64,000 bases of DNA from the NCBI GenBank assembly GCA_001600695.1, contig BCKQ01000001.1, positions 2,090,615 through 2,154,614 on the forward strand, in the 5' to 3' direction. Under the pieces are notes generated by a model, which saw only the letters and a list, made by a program, of their open reading frames with translations, was not told where the DNA came from and made no database searches. The translations under genes and the position numbers were made by a program. The DNA is from Ascoidea asiatica JCM 7603 (taxonomy: Eukaryota > Fungi > Ascomycota). Positions 26,162 through 36,593 of this stretch are shown piece by piece. Within the stretch, counting starts at the first letter, position 1. The number at the start of each line of letters is the position of its first letter.

Positions 26162-29100
26162 TCAAAGTTTAAATTGAATTTCTTTGAAAAATGAAAATGG
26201 TTTTGCTGAAGTTGGAGCTTTAGAAAGTGGTAGCATTGCTCTAAATCTATCAATGTCCTTTATTTCTTTCAAAAAAATGCTTGGTTCTGTAAGATCTTCA
26301 ACGATATCCTCTTCTTTACTAGCTTCTTTAATATCTTCTTTATTAGTCTGTTCAATATCATCTTTATCTGGAGAGAAAACATGTATACAAAAATGGGATG
26401 AGGTTTCTTTATTTAAAAAATATTGATCATAGAAATTGATCAAATCTTTTTTGGTGATCTCTAATCGAGTATCTTTTTCATTTAAAATGGCGATTACTCT
26501 TTGTACTGAAGTAAAATCATAAGTATTATTTAAAATTTCTTCAATATAAAAAGAAAATTCAGAATCCATATTTCTGAAGTTTAGAGGTTTATGAGGAGCA
26601 GCCTTTAGCATAACAATCAATGAAAGTTTTTTGAAATTAAATTGTTCATCAGTTATATTATAAATCAATTCTTTTAGACTATTTGTTAAAAAATGGATTA
26701 CTCTTGATTGTAAATATTTACAATCTTTATGACTTTGAATAACAATTTTATGACCCAAAGTGGAACGAGTTATTCGAAGTCCGGAGGAAACAATATAACC
26801 AAGCTGTTCTTTAGTTCTTAATTGATTAAATGCAGGTTCTTTTATAAATTCATTAATCAATGCAAGAAGAATCATGTCTTTTGCTTTGGCTATATCAGAA
26901 TCATTTAATTCCGAAAGATTTAGAACTTTGAAATTGTGTTCATCTATATTGATTTTTGACATACTTCTATACAATTCGTTAGCATCAGCAATAAACGTGA
27001 AAAAATCAATTGAGGAATTGGAAGTTTTATTTTCTTTTAAAGGCATTTCAACATAGGAAGAGTTTCCTTTGATGAATAAATGAGAACGATAAACATTATT
27101 AATTTGATTAAAAAACAATGGAGCAACATTTGAATCAATTTTTTTCAATTTATTAAAAAAAGAATCATTTAAAATTTTTTCAATTTTATTTGTTAAATGA
27201 TAATTTTTATTTTCAAAATTCCCATAAAGTGTAACATCAACAAATACTTGATGAAATAATTGATTCACGAAGTTATTAAAATATTCTAAATTTATGAATT
27301 CATTTCCATTTATATTTTCTTCCATAATTTTTGAAAGTTTTTCTTTTTCACTCCAAGTTTGATCATGAATTATATTTCTAAAATACGATGAAGATTGTCT
27401 ATAAGGTTCTTTAAATTGAAAATTTCTATACGATTTTTTATGTATTTCTTTAATTGTTTGAAATTTTTCATTATTATTAATTAATTTATTATCTTTAAAA
27501 TTAATAATTTCTTGTAAAATTTTTTCAAAACATGAAATTAATTTATCATTATAACCATCCATTGAAATTGAAAATCCAGTAACTGACCATCTAATATTTA
27601 AATCTAAATTAGCTAAACTTGCAAAATATATTAAATCATTCAATTGAAGATTTAAAAATTTTATAAAAAAAGTAGTCATAATTTGATTTGTGATTGAAGA
27701 ATTTGGAATTGGAGTTTTAAAATTTAAATGAATAAAACCTTTTGGTTGAGAAAAAAAATCATCAGGTTTAAACCAAATATTATAAAATTTATTTGAAGTT
27801 ATTAAAGATGGAATTCTTTTTAATTTTGATGATAAATCTTTTTTTTCATTAAATATTTTAAAATTTTCTGGAATTAAGAAATTTTTTTCAGGTATATGAA
27901 AATTTTCATTTAATTTACAATTTTTTAAATTTGATAAAAAATTATCATCTAAATCATTTAAAGAATAATTAGTTTGATAAATTTCTTCAATTAATTTTAA
28001 ATCATTTATTGAATATTCATTATTAGCTAAAAATAATATAAAATTATCTGGATTTAAATAAGATAAATAATTTTTAATAATTTTAAAATCAAATTTAGTA
28101 TTAAATCTATAATTAAAATCTAATAAATTTTTTTTTTTATTAATTTTATTAAAATGTAAATTTGTTGAAAAATTTACAACAGTATCATCATCATCAGAAA
28201 ATTGTTCTTTATATTTAAAATCAAGTTTTGACATTTGATCTAATTCATCATTAATTGATTTTAAAGAAGATTCATCTAAATTTGATAACATTTTAATATA
28301 TTGAAAAAAATTAGTTAAAATTTCATTAATTATATTAACATTATCAAAAGCAAATTTTGTTAAAAATATTGTAGTTGTGAAAACAAAATTATTTTCACTT
28401 ATAATATATTGACTTGAAGATAATGAAGTTACCCAATTTTTATTAAATTTAAAATATTTTAATAAAGAACCTTTAGTTTCATGACCAATTAAATGAGAAA
28501 TTGTTTTTAAAGGATTATAATTTAAATGAATAAATTGAGAACCTGGTAAGAAAAAAAGAAGTTTAATTGATTTTGTTTCTTTTATTGGTTTATATTTTAT
28601 AATTCTTTTTGAAGGATATTTAGTTAAAATTGAATTTGAATTATTAAAGTTTAAAGAAGTTGGTAATGGATTAATTTGAATATTTTTATAATTTTGTAAA
28701 ATATTTAAATCAATATTTTTATTTTGAATTAAAGAAAAATATTCAATAACTTTTGAAACTAAATTATTTTTATTAATATTATCATTAATATCTAAATTTG
28801 TTAAAATTGATAATTTCATTATATTTGAAGAATAATGAATATTATACCAATTAATTAATTCATTTCTAATATTTAAATTTTTTTTAATTGGTAAAATTTT
28901 TAAAGTATTTAAATTACCAGTTGAAAATTTATGATATGGATGATTTTGATTAATTAATTTTTTTAATAATTGATTAAATTTTCTTGAATCATTTTGTAAA
29001 TTTTTATTATTTTCATTATTTACAGCATTTATTTCTCTATCTTGACAATTTTTTAAAAATAATGGATCAATAAAAAATCTTGAAAATTTATGTAATAAAA

Positions 29101-29869
29101 TTATTAAAAAATTAGAATCTATAGTAAAATAATAATTTGTATGTTCAGTTGAAGTAAAAGCATTTGAATTACCAGAATGATTTGATAAAAATTTTTGATA
29201 ATCATTTTCATCTGGAAATAAATTTGTACCCATAAATAATAAATGTTCACAAAAATGAGCTAAACCTTGAAAAATTTCAGGATCTTGAAATGAACCAATA
29301 TTTATATCTAAAGATACAGAAGATTTTAAAGCTTGTTTATCATGAATAAATAAAATTTCTAAATTATTATTATTTAATTTTATTAATCTATAATTACGAT
29401 TATCTTGAATTGGTTTATTTAAGTTTAAAAATAATTCTGAATATTCACCTTGATTAATAAATTGATTATAATCTTTTGATTTAAATTGTAAAGAAGATTC
29501 ATTTAAAACTTCAATAGATTGATCTTGTTCTTGATCTTGATTTTGATTTTGATCTTGATCTTGATCTTGATCTTGATCTTGATCTTGATCTTGATCTTGA
29601 TCTTCAATTTCAGATTTAAAATCTTTAAGTACCATTTTTTTATAAAAAGTTTTATTTGAAATTGAAAAAGTCAAAGGATTAAGAGGAGAAGTTGTAAAAT
29701 TTCTTGAATTATTATAACAATTAGAATAACAACTATAAGAATATTTTAAATTTTTAAAATTAATAATTGAATATTTAGAAAATATATAAATGATTTTTAT
29801 TCCATTTAAATTTTGTTTAGATTTTAAAATTATATTTTGAATAGGAGTTAAAAGCAGATATGAATACAT
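26162..29869 (-). CDS. STE23: M16A metalloendopeptidase (Ste23/insulysin), copy 1
   Basis: GLAHFCEHLLFMGT (HxxEH), NAFTSTEHTNYYF, REINAVNNE, KFSTGNLNTL and EPAFNQLRTKEQLGYIV. Second in-frame ATG at 29635; C-terminus QFKL. Confidence 0.9.
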   Translation of the reverse strand: MYSYLLLTPIQNIILKSKQNLNGIKIIYIFSKYSIINFKNLKYSYSCYSNCYNNSRNFTTSPLNPLTFSISNKTFYKKMVLKDFKSEIEDQDQDQDQDQDQDQDQDQNQNQDQEQDQSIEVLNESSLQFKSKDYNQFINQGEYSELFLNLNKPIQDNRNYRLIKLNNNNLEILFIHDKQALKSSVSLDINIGSFQDPEIFQGLAHFCEHLLFMGTNLFPDENDYQKFLSNHSGNSNAFTSTEHTNYYFTIDSNFLIILLHKFSRFFIDPLFLKNCQDREINAVNNENNKNLQNDSRKFNQLLKKLINQNHPYHKFSTGNLNTLKILPIKKNLNIRNELINWYNIHYSSNIMKLSILTNLDINDNINKNNLVSKVIEYFSLIQNKNIDLNILQNYKNIQINPLPTSLNFNNSNSILTKYPSKRIIKYKPIKETKSIKLLFFLPGSQFIHLNYNPLKTISHLIGHETKGSLLKYFKFNKNWVTSLSSSQYIISENNFVFTTTIFLTKFAFDNVNIINEILTNFFQYIKMLSNLDESSLKSINDELDQMSKLDFKYKEQFSDDDDTVVNFSTNLHFNKINKKKNLLDFNYRFNTKFDFKIIKNYLSYLNPDNFILFLANNEYSINDLKLIEEIYQTNYSLNDLDDNFLSNLKNCKLNENFHIPEKNFLIPENFKIFNEKKDLSSKLKRIPSLITSNKFYNIWFKPDDFFSQPKGFIHLNFKTPIPNSSITNQIMTTFFIKFLNLQLNDLIYFASLANLDLNIRWSVTGFSISMDGYNDKLISCFEKILQEIINFKDNKLINNNEKFQTIKEIHKKSYRNFQFKEPYRQSSSYFRNIIHDQTWSEKEKLSKIMEENINGNEFINLEYFNNFVNQLFHQVFVDVTLYGNFENKNYHLTNKIEKILNDSFFNKLKKIDSNVAPLFFNQINNVYRSHLFIKGNSSYVEMPLKENKTSNSSIDFFTFIADANELYRSMSKINIDEHNFKVLNLSELNDSDIAKAKDMILLALINEFIKEPAFNQLRTKEQLGYIVSSGLRITRSTLGHKIVIQSHKDCKYLQSRVIHFLTNSLKELIYNITDEQFNFKKLSLIVMLKAAPHKPLNFRNMDSEFSFYIEEILNNTYDFTSVQRVIAILNEKDTRLEITKKDLINFYDQYFLNKETSSHFCIHVFSPDKDDIEQTNKEDIKEASKEEDIVEDLTEPSIFLKEIKDIDRFRAMLPLSKAPTSAKPFSFFKEIQFKL
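29520..29603 (-). repeat. (GATCAA)n hexamer repeat encoding (DQ)n in Ste23 copy 1
   Basis: gatctt repeats on the + strand. Confidence 0.9.
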
Positions 29870-29962
29870 ATAACAATTGAATTATCTCTTTCGAGCAAAA
29901 GAAAAGAGTGAATATTTATCAACTAGCTATTTAAGACCCGGAATATTGAAGAAGATGATGAA

Positions 29963-30001
29963 ACAACAACAACAACAACAACAACAACAGCAGCAGCAGC
30001 A
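29963..30001. repeat. (CAA)n(CAG)n microsatellite, intergenic
   Basis: Seen directly between the STE23 start and the tRNA. Confidence 0.85.
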
Positions 30002-30181
30002 CAAACATCAAAACCTTCAGAAAAAGAAAAGTGGAGGCAACTGCAACTGCAACTGCAACTTCGTTTGCTGTCTTTTCATTGCATTTGCCTTCCGGACATG
30101 GAACCCACAATGGAACTCAGCCACACCCACAATTGGCATTTGCCCCTGACGTGAAACACTGCGGGGGCTGGAAAATCCAGC

Positions 30182-30189
30182 AAAAAAAA
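30182..30189 (-). terminator. RNA polymerase III T-tract terminator of the tRNA-Ser gene
   Basis: T8 on the minus strand, 12 nt past the tRNA 3' end. Confidence 0.75.
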
Positions 30190-30201
30190 GAAACAATGAG
30201 A

Positions 30202-30282
30202 CGACATTGGCAGGACTCGAACCTGCGCGGGTAAACCCAAAAGATTTCTAATCTTTCGCCTTAACCACTCGGCCACAATGCC
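30202..30282 (-). tRNA. tRNA-Ser(AGA), intronless
   Basis: GGCATTG/CAATGTC acceptor stem, discriminator G, A box TGGCCGAGTGG, anticodon arm AAAGA-TTAGAAA-TCTTT, variable arm GGG-TTTA-CCC, T arm GCAGG-TTCGAGT-CCTGC. Confidence 0.97.
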
Positions 30283-31809
30283 AGTCATGTGATAAGTTAT
30301 ATTAGAATTATTTAGTAGTCATCAAAGTTAAAAAGGTGCTATTTTTAATCAATTTCCTTTTTTGGTTATAAAGCCGCTGTAATATAATCCACGACATTCT
30401 TTCTGAGTGATTTGTATTCGGTGTAGCACTTGGCCTGCTGCGAACATCTCAGCACTGGCCCTCCTTGCCCTGATGTATGAAATTTAAGAGCCCTGTTTTC
30501 TAAAAGATAATAAAACAATCTCCAATCACTGATTTTTAATGTTGATGTTATTGAAGACAGTTTTTCTATTGAATATATTCAGAACAAAAAAAAACAAATG
30601 GAAGTTATTTTTAATGGAATATGAAATGCAAAATCCATTTCATTTTCACTTTTGCCTTCAGTTTCAATGCTTTCTTTCATATTCAATTGAAAACCATATG
30701 AGAAATTATTTTTTTTGATCATTTCAGATTAAATGAATAAAATATATCTCTAATAATCTCCCAAAATCTTTAAAAGAATACAATCTAAAATCAAATTAAT
30801 TCATAAAATTACATCATTTTATTTATTTGATTTTTTATTTTTTTCTTCTTATCCTATGAATTATATCTTAGGAGTTCGTTACCCTTGAGTTTATAATATT
30901 AAAATATTATTTTCTCCAATCAAAATATTTTTACTCATTTATCTAATGATGGCTTTAATTTATTATATTATATAATGAATCTTATTGATCAGAAGCTTAT
31001 CAATTCATTTATTTAAATTCTCATTGAATTATTTTTTATTCTTTCTTCTTTTGATTTATCCTTTTATCATTTATCAAATCAATCTGATCTTTTTCATCAG
31101 TTGCTGACATTTTACCTGTCTCTTATTGGTCCGCTGTTGAACCCCGTTAAAATTTATAATTTATATTCTTTATTTAAAAGTTTAAGTTACAAATTGAGTG
31201 TCAAGTCAAATCAAATTAATATTTATTAAAAAAAAAAAAAAATTATGCGTAACACACATAATATTATACTAATACTTATTTTTTTTTTTTTTTTTGAATT
31301 TTGAATTTTACTCGTTTTTTTAAAAAAAAATAAAACTTTATACAATATTTCTTTCTAGTAGTTCGATTACTAGCAAAAAAAAAGTTAAAATCAATTAAGA
31401 GAATAATTTTTTAACTAATTAATTACTCAATTAATTACATTTTTTATTACATGTTTTATTACAAGTTTTAATTTATAGTAATGATTGGTAATTTCATTTT
31501 CCTTCTTAGAAACAATTCCTTGAATATAAATATCCTCAAGGTTAAAAATTTTATACAATAATAATCTTGTAATTATTTTAAATTCAAAAATAATATAAAT
31601 ACCCTCTTGATTCTTCATATTTTAAAATTTTGAAAGATTTTTTTATTCTTTGCTTATCAATCTTCAACTCATTTCAATTAGATTAAATTCAATCCAATCC
31701 AATTCAATTCAATTCAATTTCTATTATAATAAACTATTATATTATTTCCCTAAAGTTTTAAATCATAACTTTTAACAGTTTAAATTCAACTAAATTAAAT
31801 TATTTCAAA

Positions 31810-31908
31810 ATGCCTTGTGCTTGTGGAGAAAAACCAGTTTGTGACTGTGGTGGTGCTTTCAGTAATGGTTCAAAAGAAGGTGAAGTTGACTACACTCATA
31901 AACACTAA
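31810..31908 (+). CDS. 32-aa Crd2-type metallothionein-like peptide MPCACGEKPVCDCGGAFSNGSKEGEVDYTHKH
   Basis: Below the ORF-track cutoff. GC-richer coding patch with AAAATG context, two CxC motifs, and a GEVDYT tail matching the GETDFT tail I recall for Candida Crd2-family proteins. Confidence 0.8.
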   Translation: MPCACGEKPVCDCGGAFSNGSKEGEVDYTHKH

Positions 31909-33155
31909 TCAGAATTATGATTTATCAATTTTAGTTGCTATTATTTATTTAATTTGCTTCCAATGAATCTCAATTAATTATCTAACTAGTTATTTAACTA
32001 ATTAATAAAATATCATTCTATCTATTATTATGTTTTCCTTTTAGAAATAGTTTTTATTCTCACCTTTTTTTAATCTTTTTCATCTTTCTATTTCTAATTA
32101 TACTTCTCTTTTAAGTAAATTTATGATCCTTATTCTTTAAATAAAAAAAATAAAATTAAAACTCCAACAATTGTTTAAATTAAATTCTAGTTTTCTTTAA
32201 TTTGTAAAAATACTGATTATTTTAACAACCCAAAATAAAGTTACGAAAATTAAAACACCAATTATTGAATTAATTTTTTAAATTAATAGTTTGATATGTT
32301 TTATTTTTTACTATCAAATTGACTTCTCTTTTATTATCTTTTATTATACTTATCAATTAACGTACACTCAACGTCATTTATCTTAGGTTTGTAGTCAATT
32401 GACAGAACAATCAAAATTACATACAGTAAGTTAACGTTGTGTTAAATGTTATTTTGTTCAAAAAATTGTGCGCATTGTCAATTTTAAAGCGTGCAAAACT
32501 AATTTCTAGCTTTTGCGTAACGAAATATGTGAATGCAATCTAATGCACACGCCAAACCAGTAGAATATTCAAAGTAAAATTTAAATACCGCTTATGGAAA
32601 TGAGAGCCAATAAACCAACCGGTTTTCCAAAACGGAAGTAACTGCCAAGTTCCGGTTTTATCAAGGTAAATTTAAATATTCTCCCGTAAAATATTTCTTC
32701 CCGCAAATATCAATTATGATATTAATCAAACCCCATACAAAAGCACCATGAATTGAAGGTGCAAAAAAGTTCTTAATTCAGCTTATGTCCGCAAACGTTT
32801 TTGAATCTCTATTGAAAATCTAAATTTTTCGAAATATTAATCATTTCACAAAGGAAATCAAGAATACTGAGAGGTTATCTTATTACAAGTATAACAAGTA
32901 TATGACAGTGTATATTAATAATAGTTCAATTTTGATAATAATAATAAATAGTGCAGTAGGTGTTCTAAGAAACTATTTCTCTTCTATTTAAACTCATCTT
33001 TATTTCGAATATTTAATATCAAATTGAATTTTCTTTATCGAAATTTATAGAAAAATATAGAAAAAAAATAGGATTTTAGTACTATTCACCACTCCCAACA
33101 TATTGTAACTCAATTCATTTTCATAATAATCAATCATACATCAAATTAACTCAAC

Positions 33156-34367
33156 ATGTTAGATTACAAAAAAGATATTGTTTCTCAATCTTTTAATTCA
33201 AAGACTATGAATAATTCTGTGAAAGAAGATACTTCTACTTTATCTCAAAAAATGATAAGTGCTTTAACAGGTTCTTTATTAACATGTTCAATATTAACTC
33301 CATTTGATGTGGTGAGAATAAGATTACAACAACAGCATTTGATTTCATCAACTTTAGCAAATAATTGCTCTTTACCAAAAGATAAATGTTGTCAAGGTCC
33401 CACTTTATTTTGGATAACTCCAAGTTCAAGTAATGAATATTGTTCAACCGCTGAAATAAATCAAACTTCAAAAATAAGATTCACTGGAACTTTCAATGCT
33501 TTTCAATCAATTTATAAAAATGAAGGTTTACCAATTCTTTGGAGAGGTCTTTCTTTATCTTTAATAATAGCTGTACCTGCAAATGTATTATATTATACAG
33601 GTTATGAATATTTAAGAGATAATTTCCCTTTAAATACTTCTCCAACTTTTAATCCTTTAATTTGTGGTGCAATTGCAAGAGTAATTGCTGTAACTTCAAT
33701 AGCTCCTTTAGAACTAGTCAAAACTAAATTACAATCAATACCTGCTTCTTCAAATAATTCAGAATTATTAAAAGATTTATTATTAGATTCTTATAAAACT
33801 ACAAAATCTCAAGGATTTTCTTCTTTATTTAGAGGTTTAGAATTAACTTTATGGAGAGACGTTCCATTCTCCGCAATATATTGGTTTTCTTATGAATTTT
33901 GTAAAAAAAGTTTTTCAAAAATGTCTTATTTCAATAATAAATCATCAAATTCTCAAATTAATAAAACTTCAGAATCTTCTAAAAATATTTTTAATCAATC
34001 ATCAATATTAAATTCAGATTCAACAAATCAAGTTTTTTTAAAATCTTTTTTATCTGGTACAATTTCTGGTACTATAGCTGCTTTATTTACAAATCCTTTT
34101 GATGTGGGTAAAACAAGATTACAAGTATCTGTTGATCCAGATAATTCTGATTTAAGATCAAATCCTTTGATCAAATCCAAAAATAAGTCACTCAAACATA
34201 AACCTAAAGAACCAATGTTTCGATTTTTATCAAATATAGTCAAAGAAGAAGGATTTTCTGCTTTATATATTGGTATAATACCAAGAGTTTTAAAAATCGC
34301 TCCTTCTTGTGCAATAATGGTATCAAGCTATGAACTTGTTAAGCACTTTTTTTTAAATCGCAACTAG
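33156..34367 (+). CDS. MTM1: Mitochondrial carrier Mtm1 (SLC25A39/40 family)
   Basis: Three Px[DE]xx[KR] repeats (PFDVVRIR, PLELVKTK, PFDVGKTR), Cys-containing first matrix loop, TLWRDVPFSAIYW and KIAPSCAIMVSSYE. Confidence 0.9.
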   Translation: MLDYKKDIVSQSFNSKTMNNSVKEDTSTLSQKMISALTGSLLTCSILTPFDVVRIRLQQQHLISSTLANNCSLPKDKCCQGPTLFWITPSSSNEYCSTAEINQTSKIRFTGTFNAFQSIYKNEGLPILWRGLSLSLIIAVPANVLYYTGYEYLRDNFPLNTSPTFNPLICGAIARVIAVTSIAPLELVKTKLQSIPASSNNSELLKDLLLDSYKTTKSQGFSSLFRGLELTLWRDVPFSAIYWFSYEFCKKSFSKMSYFNNKSSNSQINKTSESSKNIFNQSSILNSDSTNQVFLKSFLSGTISGTIAALFTNPFDVGKTRLQVSVDPDNSDLRSNPLIKSKNKSLKHKPKEPMFRFLSNIVKEEGFSALYIGIIPRVLKIAPSCAIMVSSYELVKHFFLNRN

Positions 34368-34883
34368 CTCTGAAACAATCGATGAATTGTTTATTGATGC
34401 TTTGTTGATCATTATTCCTTCATTTATTAATAATATATTGAACTCTTCAATCTGTAAATAAGCTAATACTTTACCTATATTCTACTCTCTTTTACTATCT
34501 TTATTAGTTTTTTTTTTGTTTTTAGATCATTCTTCATTTTCTTTTTTTTACACTCATAAATAGCTCATTCTCAATAAATGTCTTGAAATTATACATATTC
34601 AGATAAAATTTCAATATAATTCTCACAAAATTGAATCACTTTATTTTGGTAACTAAAATTTAATAGAATCTTCATAGCTTCATTTATCGAAAATACCTTT
34701 GTTGTGTCCGCACTCATTACTATGGTGGTTTCACTCTTCGTTCATGAGTTAGAATAAAAAGCATTGATCTGAAATTGTTCAGTATTTTCAAAATAAATCA
34801 TCATCAATATTTATTTATTGCGCTGAAGTGAAAATAGAAAATCAAATTAATAATCATCATTTGACTATTAATACTCATTATTG

Positions 34884-36365
34884 ATGTTTAATTATATGGA
34901 ATATGTTTCTAGATCTTTTAACAAGATAACTTCATGGGATGAAGAAAATTTATATCCAAATCTTGTTTCTTCTTCTCAGGCTTTGATTGATTTTAGGATC
35001 CCAGATGGTTTGAAATTAAGTGTAAATTCAAAAGCAAATGAGAAGTTTGTGAATTCCTTATCCTTATCAAATTTCAATTATATAAATGGCTCTTTATCTT
35101 ATCTATATTCTAATGTACCTTTAGATCAGATTGCAAATTCTCACGATGTCTTGCTACAAGATGTTATTCAAAATTATAAATTCATTCAGCCTGTATCGAA
35201 GACATACTCAGAGCAAAATTCCAATAAAATTCAATATAACAGCTTCACTAGTTCTCCTATGTTAATGTATGGTAAACTATTTTTTCCCGGGAACATTCTT
35301 GAATCATATTTTGTGAAAAATTTCAATAAAAATTCAAGGCTACTTGTACAATGTTTAAGCTCGAAGTCTCTAAAAAATAATGGTTTGATGACTTTATATT
35401 TACAGAAAAATACAATCAAATATTCAAGAGAGTTAATTTATTCAACAAATGAAGGATTGCTAGGTCTTAGATTTTTATACAATTTTGGTGAGTTAGTACC
35501 TAAAACTGTCAAAAAAGCTAAAAATCATATTTTTCCTTTATCTTCTTCAAATTTAAATCAAAATTCTGATTTAATCAATGAATTTCACCATTTCAATGAA
35601 TCACATAATAAGTTTTATAACCATTCAAGATTATCTGTGGGTGCTGAACTTTGGTATGGGATTTTAAATATGTCTCCTGGTTTATCGACTTCCCTTAGAT
35701 ATACTACTTTTTCAACTTATACTGGAAAACCACTATCAATGACTTTAACTTGTAATCCAATTATTGGTCATATAACTTCAACATATTCTGTTAAAACCTC
35801 TTTGAACTCAACTTTTTGCTCCAAATATGACTTTAATGTCTATTCATATGAAAGTGATTTATCTCTAGGTTGCGAAGTTTGGAAAATTGATGATTTACAA
35901 AAATCAATCAATGATATTCTATTTAGTAAAAATACGAAAAAAAAGAAAGTTGAAAAATCAGCTGAAAAACAAGTTAAATCAATTAAGCAGAACAAAATTT
36001 TAAAACAAAATCAAAAAGATAAAATTTCGATTAAAAATTCTTCAGATGAGGAATTAAAAACTCTCTCTTTTGGTGAAGAAAATATCAATAATTTCAAAAA
36101 CTTATTTTCAAAATTGAAATTTACTCAATTAATCAAATTATCTACAAGTTTTAATGATAAAAGTGTCAAACTTTTATGGGAAGGAAAATTTAAGGATTTT
36201 TTATTCGAATTTGGTATAAATGTTAAAAACATCATACCTCATAAAGCTTCCCCTAATTCTTACAATGCTTTATATGACCAGCAATCAATTGATAAAAAAA
36301 GCCAGAATATAAACTTGCTTCCAGAAATAGCACAATTGGGTTTTCATTTTCAATATAGCTCATAG
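34884..36365 (+). CDS. MDM10: Mitochondrial outer-membrane beta-barrel Mdm10 (ERMES/SAM)
   Basis: N-terminal YMEYV..F...TSW...N.Y, GSLSYLYS, MSPGLSTSLRY, FCSKYDFNVYSYESDLSLGCE and C-terminal GFHFQYSS. ATG at 34884. Confidence 0.92.
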   Translation: MFNYMEYVSRSFNKITSWDEENLYPNLVSSSQALIDFRIPDGLKLSVNSKANEKFVNSLSLSNFNYINGSLSYLYSNVPLDQIANSHDVLLQDVIQNYKFIQPVSKTYSEQNSNKIQYNSFTSSPMLMYGKLFFPGNILESYFVKNFNKNSRLLVQCLSSKSLKNNGLMTLYLQKNTIKYSRELIYSTNEGLLGLRFLYNFGELVPKTVKKAKNHIFPLSSSNLNQNSDLINEFHHFNESHNKFYNHSRLSVGAELWYGILNMSPGLSTSLRYTTFSTYTGKPLSMTLTCNPIIGHITSTYSVKTSLNSTFCSKYDFNVYSYESDLSLGCEVWKIDDLQKSINDILFSKNTKKKKVEKSAEKQVKSIKQNKILKQNQKDKISIKNSSDEELKTLSFGEENINNFKNLFSKLKFTQLIKLSTSFNDKSVKLLWEGKFKDFLFEFGINVKNIIPHKASPNSYNALYDQQSIDKKSQNINLLPEIAQLGFHFQYSS

Positions 36366-36593
36366 TTTTCTTTTCCTTTTTTTTGTACATATATAGTCTT
36401 TGTAATATAATTGTGTATAGTTTTACATTAATCTTTGAAAAAAAAAAACTGTTCATAAAAAAAATAAATCAAATAAAATAAAATAGTCATTAAAAGTAAT
36501 TAATGTAATATGATATAGGGAAATTCATGTAAACTAAAGAATTTAGTGGGGTTGATAAAAAAAATTATAAAAATACAAATTGGTTAAAGTAAA

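Noticed and set aside
30202-30282. tRNA-Ser as a CUG-reassigning tRNA
   Set aside because: The anticodon is AGA, an ordinary Ser isoacceptor, not CAG.
29877-30288. Short ORFs (poly-Q/CxCxC 90 aa, 67 aa, 70 aa)
   Set aside because: They are readings of microsatellites in the STE23 promoter and of the tRNA gene.
30400-30480. C/D snoRNA in the GC patch upstream of the tRNA
   Set aside because: A CTGA is present, but there is no proper RTGATGA box, terminal stem or rRNA guide I could recognise.
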